Shown one piece after another: positions 1 to 9,934 of a DNA stretch of 64,000 bases. How positions within the stretch are numbered: position 1 is the first letter of the stretch; every line of letters begins with the position of its first letter. Under the pieces are notes generated by a model that saw nothing but the letters and a program-made list of their open reading frames with translations, ran no database searches and had not been told where the DNA came from. The DNA is taken from the NCBI RefSeq assembly GCF_002286785.1, contig NZ_MUJY01000041.1:46710-110709 (forward strand). Reading direction: 5' to 3'. The position numbers and the translations under genes are program-made. The stretch is from Pseudomonas sp. PIC25 (GTDB lineage: Bacteria; Pseudomonadota; Gammaproteobacteria; Pseudomonadales; Pseudomonadaceae).

Positions 1-549
1 GAAGTCATGGTCGACGTGCGCATCCTCAGCGCCACGCACAAGGATCTGGCAGCGGAAGTCGCCGCCGGACGCTTCCGCCAGGACCTGTATTACCGCCTGA
101 ACGTCATCGAGCTGCGCGTACCGCCCCTGCGGGAGCGTCGCGAAGACATTCCCCTCCTGGCCGATGTCATGCTCAAACGCCTCGCCGAAGGCACCGGCCA
201 ACCTCCGGCAAAACTTACCGCCGAAGCCCTGGAGAAGCTGAAGAACTACCGTTTCCCCGGCAACGTGCGCGAACTGGAAAACATGCTGGAACGCGCCTAC
301 ACCCTCTGCGAGGACGACCTGATCCAGGCGCCGGATCTGCGTCTGGCCGACGCATCCGGTGCTGCGGAAAGCGGCGAGGCCAGTTTGGCCCAGATCGACA
401 ATCTGGAAGACTACCTGGAAGAGATCGAGCGCAAGCTGATCATGCAAGCGCTGGAAGAAACCCGCTGGAACCGCACCGCAGCAGCCCAACGCCTGGGGCT
501 CACCTTCCGTTCGATGCGCTATCGCTTGAAGAAACTGGGGATCGATTGA
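1..549 (+). CDS. pilR: Sigma-54-dependent response regulator, C-terminal part (5' end cut by the window edge); PilR-like
   Basis: Reading frame is open from base 1. It contains the C-terminal part of an NtrC-type AAA+ domain and a Fis-type HTH (AAQRLGLTFRSMRYRLKKLG). Its position next to the minor-pilin cluster fits pilS-pilR. Confidence 0.65.
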   Translation, partial: EVMVDVRILSATHKDLAAEVAAGRFRQDLYYRLNVIELRVPPLRERREDIPLLADVMLKRLAEGTGQPPAKLTAEALEKLKNYRFPGNVRELENMLERAYTLCEDDLIQAPDLRLADASGAAESGEASLAQIDNLEDYLEEIERKLIMQALEETRWNRTAAAQRLGLTFRSMRYRLKKLGID

Positions 550-565
550 TCCCCTTCGCTAAGCG

Positions 566-1657
566 TTAACCAAGCCTTCCGGCTGGTGCATATGGCGCCG
601 GATCGACAATTGGCGGACGCCCCAGCATCAGGTCTGCCAACAGCCGGCAGGAAGCAGGTGCCAGCACCAGCCCATTCCGGTAGTGCCCGCAATTCAACCA
701 AAGTCCTTCGAAACCGGGCACCGGGCCAATGAACGGAATCCCCTCCGGCGAGCCCGGGCGCAACCCCGCCCAATGCCCGGCCACCTCGGCCTCCGCCAGA
801 GCCGGCAGCAACTCGGCGGCCGAAGCTTTCAAGCTCTCCAGCGCCTCCTTCGTCGGCGTCTTGTCGAACCCCGCATGCTCGAGCGTGCTGCCCACAAGGA
901 TATGGCCGTCACGCCGGGGAATGGCATAGCGCCCCTTGGCCAGCACCATGCTAGGCAGAAAATCCTCCGCACACTTGTACAGAATCATCTGCCCCTTGAC
1001 CGGCTCGACCGGTAACACAACGCCAAGCTTGCCCAGCAATTCGCCACTCCAGGCGCCGGCGGCGACGAGAACGCGATCTGCGGGGATATTTCCATGAGAC
1101 GTCGTGACAGAATTCATTTTGTCACTTTTAAGGACGAATCCAGTTACCTCGCAATCTTCCAGCAAAACAACATTTTGCATTTTGCCAAGCGAGTCGCGTA
1201 GCGCTTTGGCCATGCGGGGATTTCTGATATTCGCGACGCCAATCATATGGATAGCATGAGTGAAGCCCCCACCTAACTCGGGCACTGCCGCTCGGACAGA
1301 TTCGATATCTACTGGCGATAGTGGACGCCCATTTTTTCTAGCCCACGCAAGCGCCTCTGCTTCGTCATCCAAGTCCAGCCAATACAAACCCGTGGCATAA
1401 ACCTCGGGATCAATTCCTGTCTGCTTGTACAACCAGTCACCAAAATCAGGATAGAAATCTTGAGACCAATGTGCCAAGGCAGTAACAGCGGGGCTATAAC
1501 GCCAGGGATATAGCGGCGAAACTATCCCTCCTCCCGCCCAAGTGGATTCTTTACCGCTCGCCCCTCGCTCCAACACAGTGACATCTAGCCCTTCTTCGGC
1601 CAGAAAATGCGCAGAGAGCAAACCAATAACACCTGAACCGACGATCACAACCTTCAC
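566..1657 (-). CDS. FAD-dependent oxidoreductase, glycine or D-amino-acid oxidase family (ThiO-like)
   Basis: GTG start preceded by a GGGGGA RBS. A Rossmann motif (VVIVGSGVIG) sits at the N-terminus and the protein has the DAO-family layout. The track ORF begins at an upstream TTG. Confidence 0.75.
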   Translation of the reverse strand: MKVVIVGSGVIGLLSAHFLAEEGLDVTVLERGASGKESTWAGGGIVSPLYPWRYSPAVTALAHWSQDFYPDFGDWLYKQTGIDPEVYATGLYWLDLDDEAEALAWARKNGRPLSPVDIESVRAAVPELGGGFTHAIHMIGVANIRNPRMAKALRDSLGKMQNVVLLEDCEVTGFVLKSDKMNSVTTSHGNIPADRVLVAAGAWSGELLGKLGVVLPVEPVKGQMILYKCAEDFLPSMVLAKGRYAIPRRDGHILVGSTLEHAGFDKTPTKEALESLKASAAELLPALAEAEVAGHWAGLRPGSPEGIPFIGPVPGFEGLWLNCGHYRNGLVLAPASCRLLADLMLGRPPIVDPAPYAPAGRLG

Positions 1658-1717
1658 GAAATCCCCCAAAGAAAACAGGCCGCATCAAGCGGCCCGTTAT
1701 ACAACAGAGGGCGTGCC

Positions 1718-2143
1718 TTACCAACAATCGGTCACCGATTTGGTGTTCGTACCTGTAGCCAACCCACGCACCCCAGACTGGGTCAGAGTGAAATCACCAC
1801 AGGCATCCGAACCCATCGGGGTTTGACGAGTGGCCTTGAGCGTGAACGTTGTCGCGGTCGGATTGCCAGTTACAGCAATCACATAGTTAGTGGTCCCACT
1901 TGCAGGTACGTTCGCCGTAAATACCGCAGCAAGACTTCCGTTAGCCCCCAGATATGTATTGTTAACGGAATAATACCTTTCCAGTGCTTGAGCAGCTTCT
2001 AATAGAGCAGCGGTGGCTTCTGCTCGCTTGGCCCGATTCACATACTCGGTATAACTCGGATAGGCGATCGCAGCCAGGATACCGATGATCACCACAGTGA
2101 TCATCAGTTCGATCAGAGTAAAGCCCATACTATTCCGTTTCAT
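1718..2143 (-). CDS. pilE: Type IV minor pilin PilE
   Basis: Prepilin leader MKRNSMG followed by the FTLIELM motif, 141 aa. Its ATG overlaps the pilY1 TGA as ATGA. Confidence 0.8.
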   Translation of the reverse strand: MKRNSMGFTLIELMITVVIIGILAAIAYPSYTEYVNRAKRAEATAALLEAAQALERYYSVNNTYLGANGSLAAVFTANVPASGTTNYVIAVTGNPTATTFTLKATRQTPMGSDACGDFTLTQSGVRGLATGTNTKSVTDCW

Positions 2144-5100
2144 TGAATTTGCCGCCATGACATTCTTCCAGGTTTACCGCCACTACCAGCAGCAGTGTTT
2201 TGCTCAATTCCGCCATCACCAAGGCCGGAACTGTAGAGCGAATCGAACCCATCACCAAAGATAGCCCCCGGCGAGTCCAAGGTACCATCCCCCAGCTTGA
2301 AGCCACTGGCATCACACGAATTACCACCGCCACATCCAAGCATGTCGGATGTATTGAAGTATCCATCACCATTGACATCGAAAACTGTGGTATCGAGCCT
2401 TCCACCTGTTAAAACATTAAGTCCCAAAATCCAGCTTTCACCACCGGAAAGGCACGGATCGGGAAGAGGCGTGAAAGTGGAAACAAGCATGCGGTCCTTG
2501 TTCACCAGCGGCATACTGATCACTCTTTCACCTGCATTCGTGGTACCGACTCGCAAATCTAGGTACCAACCGAACTTGGTAGTCCAGTCCACACTATTCT
2601 GCGATACGATTCGGAATTCTCGACCATTACTAGTGGTTTCGGAAGAAATCGTTTGCTGAACTAACGTACTCACCAACACAGTTCCGTCATTATTTCGCCC
2701 TCGGTCCCAGATTCCATAGAGAGACTGAAGAGCAGTATTGGTTTTGTCGCCGGTTTCCAGATACTTACCTGTACCGAAAACAACCAGTCGTCCCTGAGCA
2801 GGGTGGCTGATAACACGCACCTTACCGGTGATCGGCTGCCGAACCGTGCCTTTCTTGGCCTGAAAAAGCAGTGAACCTTCCCAGTTGTTGGCATTGCTTG
2901 CTGTCAAGTCGAATTTCCAAAGATTACCCTGAATATCACCGCCATAAATGTATGTGATACGCCTGTTGGCATCCAAAAAAGCCGTAACGGCTGATAATCC
3001 ATTGTTCAATGTCTCATCGGAGTCACTGACTACGATCTTCTTGATCAAGGCGCCAGTCGTAGCATTAACAATATACAAAGCAGCCTTGCCTCTATTACTG
3101 GCATATCCGTTACCGAAAATCGCCACCCAAGTATCATTTTGAGTCCGGGCGATTGTGGGTTCGCCAAACACATAACCTAGGTCATTCCAATCCGCTTCCG
3201 AGCCACTTGTGGTATTGCTATCCGGTGCCGTGTGCTCCCAGAGTACATCTTCCGCTCCGAAACTGGCACGATCCGTCACATCGAGAGCAAACACCCCCCG
3301 ACCACCAGAGCCCAACCCGCCTGCAAGGTAAGTTTTCCATGCAGAACCGTTATAAACATCGCCTAAGCCAAAAGAGCCATCTGCATAAAACTGATGATCG
3401 TAATCAGACTCCATCAACGCGATTAGGCCTGGCGTTGCCCCAGGGCTGATTGTGCGCTTCTTGAACAAAGTAGAGGGCACATAGGCAAAGGCCTCTTCGC
3501 CTGTACTGCCATTAAAGGCATGCACCATACCATCGTTAGCCCCTACGATGACCAACGGCGTTCTATTAGCTTTGGCCGTGAGGTACTCGAAATAGCTATC
3601 CGCCGGCTCACCCGTAGCGTCAGTATTAGGGACGTTATATCCATTGTTTTGCGCACCAACAAACTTCGGATCCGAGTTGATGATGTCGCCCAATGGCAGA
3701 TTTCTCGAGCGGAGCCTAATACTTTCATAAGGCGTTCCAAGAGCTACCCCATCATTCTCACCTCTTAGCCACCCCAGTCGAAGACGAGCATTTTCCTCCG
3801 TATCGGTAACAGCACTAGTGGTCTTAAATAGGCTTTCACGCTGATCTGTGGTTAGGTTATCCCAAACCAATGAGCGACCAGACGTTCCGTTGTATGTAAA
3901 TATATTTCGAGAAGAGGCGTTTGGAATCTTACCTTGAGTAGAAGTCGTCCATGCCAAGCTACCAACATCACCGTTTTCTTCTACGTTGAAGGCCCTGACC
4001 TCGCCCGTCCAATCCGCGCTATTAAAGCGGGCCTGATAAATCAGGGTATCTTCCTGAATGCGGGTAGAGTTCGCAGTGATCGCTGATGCAGAGCTGGTTT
4101 GCTCTCGAATAGATTGCAAAGCTGAGTTCATAGCTGCAGCCAAGCTATCAGCATCATTGGCAGTATAATATGAACCATGCCCATACTCGGCTGCATCACT
4201 CAGCATCTGATTGGACTCAGCAAAACCAACTGTAAAGGTCTGTAGATTTTGCTTAACGAAGCCGAGGGAATTATAGCTTTTACCCGCCAAATCGTTTCCA
4301 CTTTTCATCATGTCGATGTCATAAGAAAACTTAGCAATATCATCTAGATATAGAGTATACCCTTCATCCTCTTCCGTAACTCCTTGCGGCTGATAACCAT
4401 CCGAATATTTTGGCGAGGGTGTAAGGCTCGCTGTCGCAGGTGCGAGGCCATCCCAGTTAGGCAGGGATGCAGACGTATCCGCCACATCGTCCGGGTCGTT
4501 AGAAGGGAATGTAGTGTCATAAGTGGGCAAGCCATCCGTTATCACAATTCCAAAATTCTTCTGACAACGATACTGAATTGGGCTGGTGTAAGTACCAGTT
4601 TGCCCACTGCCTTTGGACAGGCCTCTAAAATAGCGACTAACCTCATAATAGGCCTCAGCCAATGGAGTGGAAGTATTGGGGGTTAATGCATCGATTTTTG
4701 TATTCAGCGTACTTTGAGTAGAACCAACAGCGGCCTCCAACTCACCACCAGTTTTCCCAATAAAACTAAAAAGCCCGAAACGCATAGAAGAATTATTAGC
4801 GATTACGTTTTTAGCAACGGACTTAGCCACACTCATGCGAAAATCTTTTGGAAACCCTTCAAGAGCTGTGAAATCAGTTCCCGTTTCGTATTTTCCTACT
4901 AGATACGCTATGTAGTTTTGAACAAACCAAGTATTCCCTCCACCAACAGGATCAGGAAACCTCAAGCATTTTGTAGAAACACCATTCAAGCGAAAACTAG
5001 AGAAGTCAGTAGCGCACCCACCTTGCTTCATGTCACTCTTCGTAATATAAGTACCACTTTCTGACGCCAAGTCCTGCCACCGACTACCATTCCAAAAATC

Positions 5101-5319
5101 TACAGAACCACCCTGAAAATAATTAACATCATTATCATAGCCCTGTTCCCAGATGATATGCCGCATACTTCCCGAATCATCCATCAACAGCATGACATTT
5201 GGAGAAACAGCTGAAGACAGGTACAAGGGCTGGTTCGGGAAAGGTCCAATAGCATAGGCAGGGGATGCCACGTAAAGGGCAAATGCTGCCCCTATGAGGA
5301 CACTCTTGATATTACGCAT
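2140..5319 (-). CDS. pilY1: Type IV pilus tip adhesin / biogenesis factor PilY1 (PilC family)
   Basis: Signal peptide MRNIKSVLIGAAFALYVASPAYA with a GAGGA RBS. N-terminal vWA domain carries a MIDAS motif (DDSGS). C-terminal beta-propeller region carries an EF-hand-like calcium loop (DVNGDGYFNTSD). About 1059 aa. The track ORF is extended upstream. Confidence 0.85.
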   Translation of the reverse strand: MRNIKSVLIGAAFALYVASPAYAIGPFPNQPLYLSSAVSPNVMLLMDDSGSMRHIIWEQGYDNDVNYFQGGSVDFWNGSRWQDLASESGTYITKSDMKQGGCATDFSSFRLNGVSTKCLRFPDPVGGGNTWFVQNYIAYLVGKYETGTDFTALEGFPKDFRMSVAKSVAKNVIANNSSMRFGLFSFIGKTGGELEAAVGSTQSTLNTKIDALTPNTSTPLAEAYYEVSRYFRGLSKGSGQTGTYTSPIQYRCQKNFGIVITDGLPTYDTTFPSNDPDDVADTSASLPNWDGLAPATASLTPSPKYSDGYQPQGVTEEDEGYTLYLDDIAKFSYDIDMMKSGNDLAGKSYNSLGFVKQNLQTFTVGFAESNQMLSDAAEYGHGSYYTANDADSLAAAMNSALQSIREQTSSASAITANSTRIQEDTLIYQARFNSADWTGEVRAFNVEENGDVGSLAWTTSTQGKIPNASSRNIFTYNGTSGRSLVWDNLTTDQRESLFKTTSAVTDTEENARLRLGWLRGENDGVALGTPYESIRLRSRNLPLGDIINSDPKFVGAQNNGYNVPNTDATGEPADSYFEYLTAKANRTPLVIVGANDGMVHAFNGSTGEEAFAYVPSTLFKKRTISPGATPGLIALMESDYDHQFYADGSFGLGDVYNGSAWKTYLAGGLGSGGRGVFALDVTDRASFGAEDVLWEHTAPDSNTTSGSEADWNDLGYVFGEPTIARTQNDTWVAIFGNGYASNRGKAALYIVNATTGALIKKIVVSDSDETLNNGLSAVTAFLDANRRITYIYGGDIQGNLWKFDLTASNANNWEGSLLFQAKKGTVRQPITGKVRVISHPAQGRLVVFGTGKYLETGDKTNTALQSLYGIWDRGRNNDGTVLVSTLVQQTISSETTSNGREFRIVSQNSVDWTTKFGWYLDLRVGTTNAGERVISMPLVNKDRMLVSTFTPLPDPCLSGGESWILGLNVLTGGRLDTTVFDVNGDGYFNTSDMLGCGGGNSCDASGFKLGDGTLDSPGAIFGDGFDSLYSSGLGDGGIEQNTAAGSGGKPGRMSWRQIQ

Positions 5320-5330
5320 ATTTTCATTCC

Positions 5331-5837
5331 TCAACGGCTGTAGGTTGCTTGTAGCAAAACCACAGCATCGGTCGAACCACCCACGGCCCGAGCCGTAATG
5401 CGGTATGAATTGACGACAGAAACTTCGATTTGATCGGATGGGCCAGTGGCTTGCGTCGTAAGCCACTCAATGACATAGCGTGGAACCGAATTCACCCCTG
5501 CCAGACTGGCGCCTGCACGCGAGCGACTTGCCCAAGGATAGTTTGCCGCGGTAGGTTTCGCACCGGTGTAATCCGGACTGAGCAGCCCTCCGGTTCCACT
5601 GGCGGTAAAAGTTGGGCTCTGCTCTCGCAGAAAAGCCTCACCTTCACGCAAAGCAGCCTCCGCCGCTTGGAAAGCCAAATTACGATCTCGCTCGTTACCT
5701 GCCATTCGCTCTTGTAACGTCGAGTCTTGAATGGAGGAAACACCAATCATGGTTAGCAACAGTAAAAAGACCAAACTGATAATCAGTGCAGAACCACGCT
5801 GACGCATGAAATCGACTTTTTCATGATTCTTCTTCAT
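5331..5837 (-). CDS. pilX: Type IV minor pilin PilX
   Basis: Hydrophobic N-terminus (QRGSALIISLVFLLLLTMIG) typical of PilX. The ATG at 5837 overlaps the pilW stop as ATGA; an alternative start is at 5807. Confidence 0.7.
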   Translation of the reverse strand: MKKNHEKVDFMRQRGSALIISLVFLLLLTMIGVSSIQDSTLQERMAGNERDRNLAFQAAEAALREGEAFLREQSPTFTASGTGGLLSPDYTGAKPTAANYPWASRSRAGASLAGVNSVPRYVIEWLTTQATGPSDQIEVSVVNSYRITARAVGGSTDAVVLLQATYSR

Positions 5838-6865
5838 CGCACACGATTCCTAATCGCTACAGCCGATCCGAAAACCTGGCGAAGTCTCCCATCAGCAGGA
5901 ACGGCAGCACCGTTGAAAGTTAACTGCTGTGCGGCAGCACCGCTGCCTACTACATTTCCTTCAGTGCTTTGCATCAGCAGACTAAACCGAACGCTTACAA
6001 CTTTCGACCAATCAGTGACGTTATTTGCTGTCTGATAACTATTGGCAATCATACTGGCTCCCGTCGCAACGCCATATTCGATCTGCATATCTTGCACACC
6101 CTCAACCAACTCCACCGGATTGGCACTAGCATCGCTCCGATTAGCAAATTTTTTCGTCACCCACAAAGCCCGGATAGGATCACCGGATGCAGTAGCACGC
6201 CCGGTATCACGAATAAAATAGTCAATACTTTCAAACGCAAACAACTCGGCATCATCTCCATAGGCTTTACTCAGCCTATTGCTTGTATTGTAGTTATTTG
6301 CGTGAGCTATCGTCTCATGAGAACTCCCACTCGACACGTTGGTTGCCCTGAAGATATCCGCCGAGAGACAATCTGATATGAACAGCGCATCCCCTGCGAC
6401 CAACTCCAAGGTATTGGTTTCGATCTGAATATTGGCATTGTCGGTCGACATATTCCCGACCAACCCAACCCCGGCATTGGATGCCTTGCGTATCGAAAGA
6501 ACATCAGTACCCGCCACTGCATTCCAAGAGTTGGTGGCGGCGATGTTATTCACCCCCCCAATAATTTGCCCTAGAGGATTAGCCACATCGATTGGCGCCG
6601 GATTTGCGATCACATTAATAGCGATTTCATCGATATTGCCACATCCCATAAAACCAGCCATACGAATGTCCTTGGCAAGGAAACCTACCGCGAACCGGCC
6701 ATTTTCCTGAACTCGTGCCATGGAATCTTGCAATCGATGACTGGATTTGCTGGCCAGAAACATTTGAATGACCGCGGCCCCAATAATCAGGCTCAACGCC
6801 ATAGCCACCAGTAACTCAACCAGACTCAAGCCTTTACTGCGATAAAAAGAAAATGACCGACTCAT
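5834..6865 (-). CDS. pilW: Type IV minor pilin PilW
   Basis: Prepilin-like N-terminus (KGLSLVELLVAMALSLIIG). The ATG at 6865 overlaps the pilV stop as ATGA. Confidence 0.7.
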   Translation of the reverse strand: MSRSFSFYRSKGLSLVELLVAMALSLIIGAAVIQMFLASKSSHRLQDSMARVQENGRFAVGFLAKDIRMAGFMGCGNIDEIAINVIANPAPIDVANPLGQIIGGVNNIAATNSWNAVAGTDVLSIRKASNAGVGLVGNMSTDNANIQIETNTLELVAGDALFISDCLSADIFRATNVSSGSSHETIAHANNYNTSNRLSKAYGDDAELFAFESIDYFIRDTGRATASGDPIRALWVTKKFANRSDASANPVELVEGVQDMQIEYGVATGASMIANSYQTANNVTDWSKVVSVRFSLLMQSTEGNVVGSGAAAQQLTFNGAAVPADGRLRQVFGSAVAIRNRVR

Positions 6866-7287
6866 AAGCAATTCTTCTCGCACAGTCGGGTTTCAAAGGT
6901 GAATTGCTGCGCACCTTGCCCCCCTACCTTTGATTCGTCCCATTGCACGATCACTCGTAGTGTCTGTCCACTTCGAGAGATTGCCCCAGTCCCTGCCGGC
7001 AATTGGCTGCTTAATGCAGCTTTCCACGTCCGAAGATCCTGATCGGCAATGGAAGTGCCGGTTGATGCCGCTGCGGTCAAAGATATGTCATAAGACCCTG
7101 CTAAGGCTGCGGGAGTATTAGCACGCATTCGATCAACGATGTCATAGGCAAGGAACGTTGCCTGCGATCTCACCGAAGCCGTTTGATTGACTCTCATCGC
7201 ATTCAGTTGAAGCCCGACCATCCCCAAGATGCCTATACCCAGCACCAACATGGAAATTAGTATTTCAATAAGACTGAAGCCTTTCAT
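6862..7287 (-). CDS. pilV: Type IV minor pilin PilV
   Basis: MKG followed by the FSLIEILISMLVLGIG prepilin motif. Start is uncertain (alternative GTG at 7314). Confidence 0.7.
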   Translation of the reverse strand: MKGFSLIEILISMLVLGIGILGMVGLQLNAMRVNQTASVRSQATFLAYDIVDRMRANTPAALAGSYDISLTAAASTGTSIADQDLRTWKAALSSQLPAGTGAISRSGQTLRVIVQWDESKVGGQGAQQFTFETRLCEKNCL

Positions 7288-7304
7288 GGTATTGCGACTC
7301 GGCA

Positions 7305-7802
7305 TCACTGGCACTCCTTGCGCTTGACGGTGGCGCGCCCCACCGCATTTATGGTGATGATCCGTTCATAGCGGCAGTAGCTAGTTCCTACGTTGAGACT
7401 GAAATTGGTATCCGTTCCTGCGGTGACACCGCTCAAACGACCATCAGAAGAGAAAATCACTTGGGAAGTCTGTGATGTAAGAGTATTGGAAGCAGTCCAG
7501 GCAGGGAAAAGGCGCAGCAACTCGCTATCGTCGAAAGTATTATTACCGTTCGAATCCACCCAGACTCGCCATCCCTGATGCCAGTTTCCGTTATTCAGTG
7601 CCGATACGCGAACTGCCGCACCCCGCTTGATTGCTTCACTTCGCGCCAAATTAAAAGCATTGGTGAGAAGATTCGTCTGTGTCTGGGTGCGGTTGGATCG
7701 GATCAGATCCTGAAAGCTTGGCACTGCGAACGAGAGGATGACCGCCAATACGGCAATGGTCACCATCATCTCAATGAGCGTAAAACCTCGTGAGGATTGC
7801 AT
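7305..7802 (-). CDS. fimU: Type IV minor pilin FimU (GspH-like pseudopilin)
   Basis: MQSSRG followed by the FTLIEMMVTIAVLAVIL prepilin motif, 165 aa. Confidence 0.75.
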   Translation of the reverse strand: MQSSRGFTLIEMMVTIAVLAVILSFAVPSFQDLIRSNRTQTQTNLLTNAFNLARSEAIKRGAAVRVSALNNGNWHQGWRVWVDSNGNNTFDDSELLRLFPAWTASNTLTSQTSQVIFSSDGRLSGVTAGTDTNFSLNVGTSYCRYERIITINAVGRATVKRKECQ

Positions 7803-7941
7803 GGAAAAACTCTCTGTTTCAGTGCGGTCAACCATAGGGGGCTCAATCACCGCTGTCATGAGGAAGCGGATGACCGCTCAAGGAATGGCGACAACCGGAC
7901 ACCCCTCAGTAAACCGAACGGATACAAAAGGTAGGATACCC

Positions 7942-8451
7942 ATGAAAAACGTGAATGGATTCACGCTACTGGAAGCTATTACCTCGACTATGGTGCTGAT
8001 TATCCTGGCATCGCTCGCAATTCCCTACTTCGGAAATCTGCTACGAATTCAGCAGCTCGAGAGCAGCACTCAAGCCATGCAGACGAGCCTATCGCTCGCA
8101 CGACAGGAAGCAATTAAGCAAGGGAAGAGTTTTACGTTGGCCCCAACAGGAATGACATGGGCCGATGGATGGACGCTATTTCAAGATGCCAATAGAAACG
8201 GGGCACCCGACTCTGGAGAGCTCGTCTTCAGAAGTTTTCCTCCATTACCAAATGGAGTGATTCTCGTGGGAAATGAAAACGTGAGCGAATACATCCAATA
8301 TACACCTGATGGGCGAACCACTCTATTGAATGGCGGATTTCAGGCGGGAACATTAACTCTGTGTCGGCAGGGAACTACGATTAGTTACGAGCTCATCCTA
8401 AGCAAGAGCGGAAGAGTCCGTCGGAATAAACAGCAACACACCTGCCCATAG
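7942..8451 (+). CDS. fimT: Type IV minor pilin FimT-like (GspH family), divergent from fimU
   Basis: MKNVNG followed by the FTLLEAITSTMVLIIL prepilin motif. RBS GGTAGGA 8 nt upstream. Sits on the opposite strand to the rest of the cluster. Confidence 0.7.
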   Translation: MKNVNGFTLLEAITSTMVLIILASLAIPYFGNLLRIQQLESSTQAMQTSLSLARQEAIKQGKSFTLAPTGMTWADGWTLFQDANRNGAPDSGELVFRSFPPLPNGVILVGNENVSEYIQYTPDGRTTLLNGGFQAGTLTLCRQGTTISYELILSKSGRVRRNKQQHTCP

Positions 8452-8467
8452 AAGCAGCCGGTTGATG

Positions 8468-9415
8468 CTACCCCAAAACCCGCACCCTCAACTCCTTCGG
8501 CATGGAGAACGTAATATTCTCCTCACGCCCGCTCAATTCCGAAACTTCTCGGGCGCCCCATCCGCGCAGGCGTTCGATGACGCCTCGTACCAGTCTTTCC
8601 GGGGCAGAGGCGCCAGCGGTGATGCCGATGTTGCGGACGCCGTCGAACCAACCTCGCTGCAGGTCTTCGGCACCATCGATGAGGTAGGCTGGCGTTCCCA
8701 TGCGTTCGGCCAGTTCGCGCAGGCGGTTGGAGTTGGAGCTGTTGGGGCTGCCGACCACCAGTACCACATCGCACTCGTCAGCAAGCTGTTTGACGGCATC
8801 CTGGCGGTTTTGCGTGGCGTAGCAGATGTCGTCCTTGCGCGGTCCGCCGATGTTGGGGAAACGCTTGCGTAGCGCGTCGATGACGCGGCTGGTGTCGTCC
8901 ATCGACAGGGTCGTCTGGGTGACGAACGCCAGCGAGTCTGGGTCCCGTACCTGAAGACGCTCGACATCCTCTTCGTCTTCGACCAGATAGATGGCGCCAC
9001 CATTGCGCTCATCATACTGACCCATGGTGCCCTCCACTTCGGGGTGGCCGGCGTGACCGATCAGGATGCATTCGCGACCGTCGCGGCTGTAACGCGCCAC
9101 TTCCATATGGACCTTGGTTACCAGTGGACAGGTGGCATCGAAGACTTTCAGGCCGCGTCGATCGGCCTCCTGACGCACAGCCTGAGAAACTCCGTGCGCA
9201 CTGAAGATAACGATGACGTTGTCCGGTACCTGGTCCAATTCCTCTACGAAGATGGCACCGCGGGAACGCAGGTCTTCGACGACGAATTTGTTATGCACCA
9301 CCTCATGCCGCACATAGATGGGCGGCCCGAAGACTTCCAGGGCGCGGTTGACGATTTCGATGGCGCGGTCGACGCCAGCGCAGAAGCCGCGGGGGTTGGC
9401 AAGTTTGATGAGCAT
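8468..9415 (-). CDS. ispH: 4-hydroxy-3-methylbut-2-enyl diphosphate reductase
   Basis: Full-length IspH/LytB ([22 protein letters not shown], 315 aa). Last gene of the ileS operon. Confidence 0.9.
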   Translation of the reverse strand: MLIKLANPRGFCAGVDRAIEIVNRALEVFGPPIYVRHEVVHNKFVVEDLRSRGAIFVEELDQVPDNVIVIFSAHGVSQAVRQEADRRGLKVFDATCPLVTKVHMEVARYSRDGRECILIGHAGHPEVEGTMGQYDERNGGAIYLVEDEEDVERLQVRDPDSLAFVTQTTLSMDDTSRVIDALRKRFPNIGGPRKDDICYATQNRQDAVKQLADECDVVLVVGSPNSSNSNRLRELAERMGTPAYLIDGAEDLQRGWFDGVRNIGITAGASAPERLVRGVIERLRGWGAREVSELSGREENITFSMPKELRVRVLG

Positions 9416-9496
9416 GGCGTTGTCTCGGCGCGCAGAGGCAGGTTTTGCGGAGTTTAACGCGTTTCCTCTTCCAGCATGGGGAGAGGAAACATGGCG

Positions 9497-9934
9497 TCAG
9501 AGCGGACGTACTTCGAGAATATCCACTTCGAAGTTCAAGGCCTTTCCGGCCAGGGGATGGTTGAAGTCGATGGTGACCTGCGTTTCGTCGAAGGCTTTGA
9601 CGATGCCGGGAAGCTCGGTGTTTGCCGCATCGTTGAAGATCACCAGCAGCCCTTGCGACAAGTCCATGCCTTCGAACTGGCTTCGCGGCATGATCTGTAC
9701 ATTCTGCGGATTGGGCTGGCCAAAACCCTGCTCCGGTTCGATCGGCAGCACACGCTTGTCGCCAGCCTTCAGGCCGTAGAGCGCTTGCTCGAATCCGGGC
9801 AGCAGGTTGCCATCGCCCACCTTGAACGTTGCTGGCTTCTTATCGAAGGTACTGTCCACCACCTCACCGTTTTCCAGCTTGAGGGCGAAATGCAGGGTGA
9901 CTTCCTTATCCGGGCCTATACGCTGTTCAGTCAT
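9497..9934 (-). CDS. fkpB: FKBP-type peptidyl-prolyl cis-trans isomerase (FkpB/SlpA-like)
   Basis: FKBP domain with an insert-in-flap region, 145 aa. Conserved position between lspA and ispH. Confidence 0.8.
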   Translation of the reverse strand: MTEQRIGPDKEVTLHFALKLENGEVVDSTFDKKPATFKVGDGNLLPGFEQALYGLKAGDKRVLPIEPEQGFGQPNPQNVQIMPRSQFEGMDLSQGLLVIFNDAANTELPGIVKAFDETQVTIDFNHPLAGKALNFEVDILEVRPL

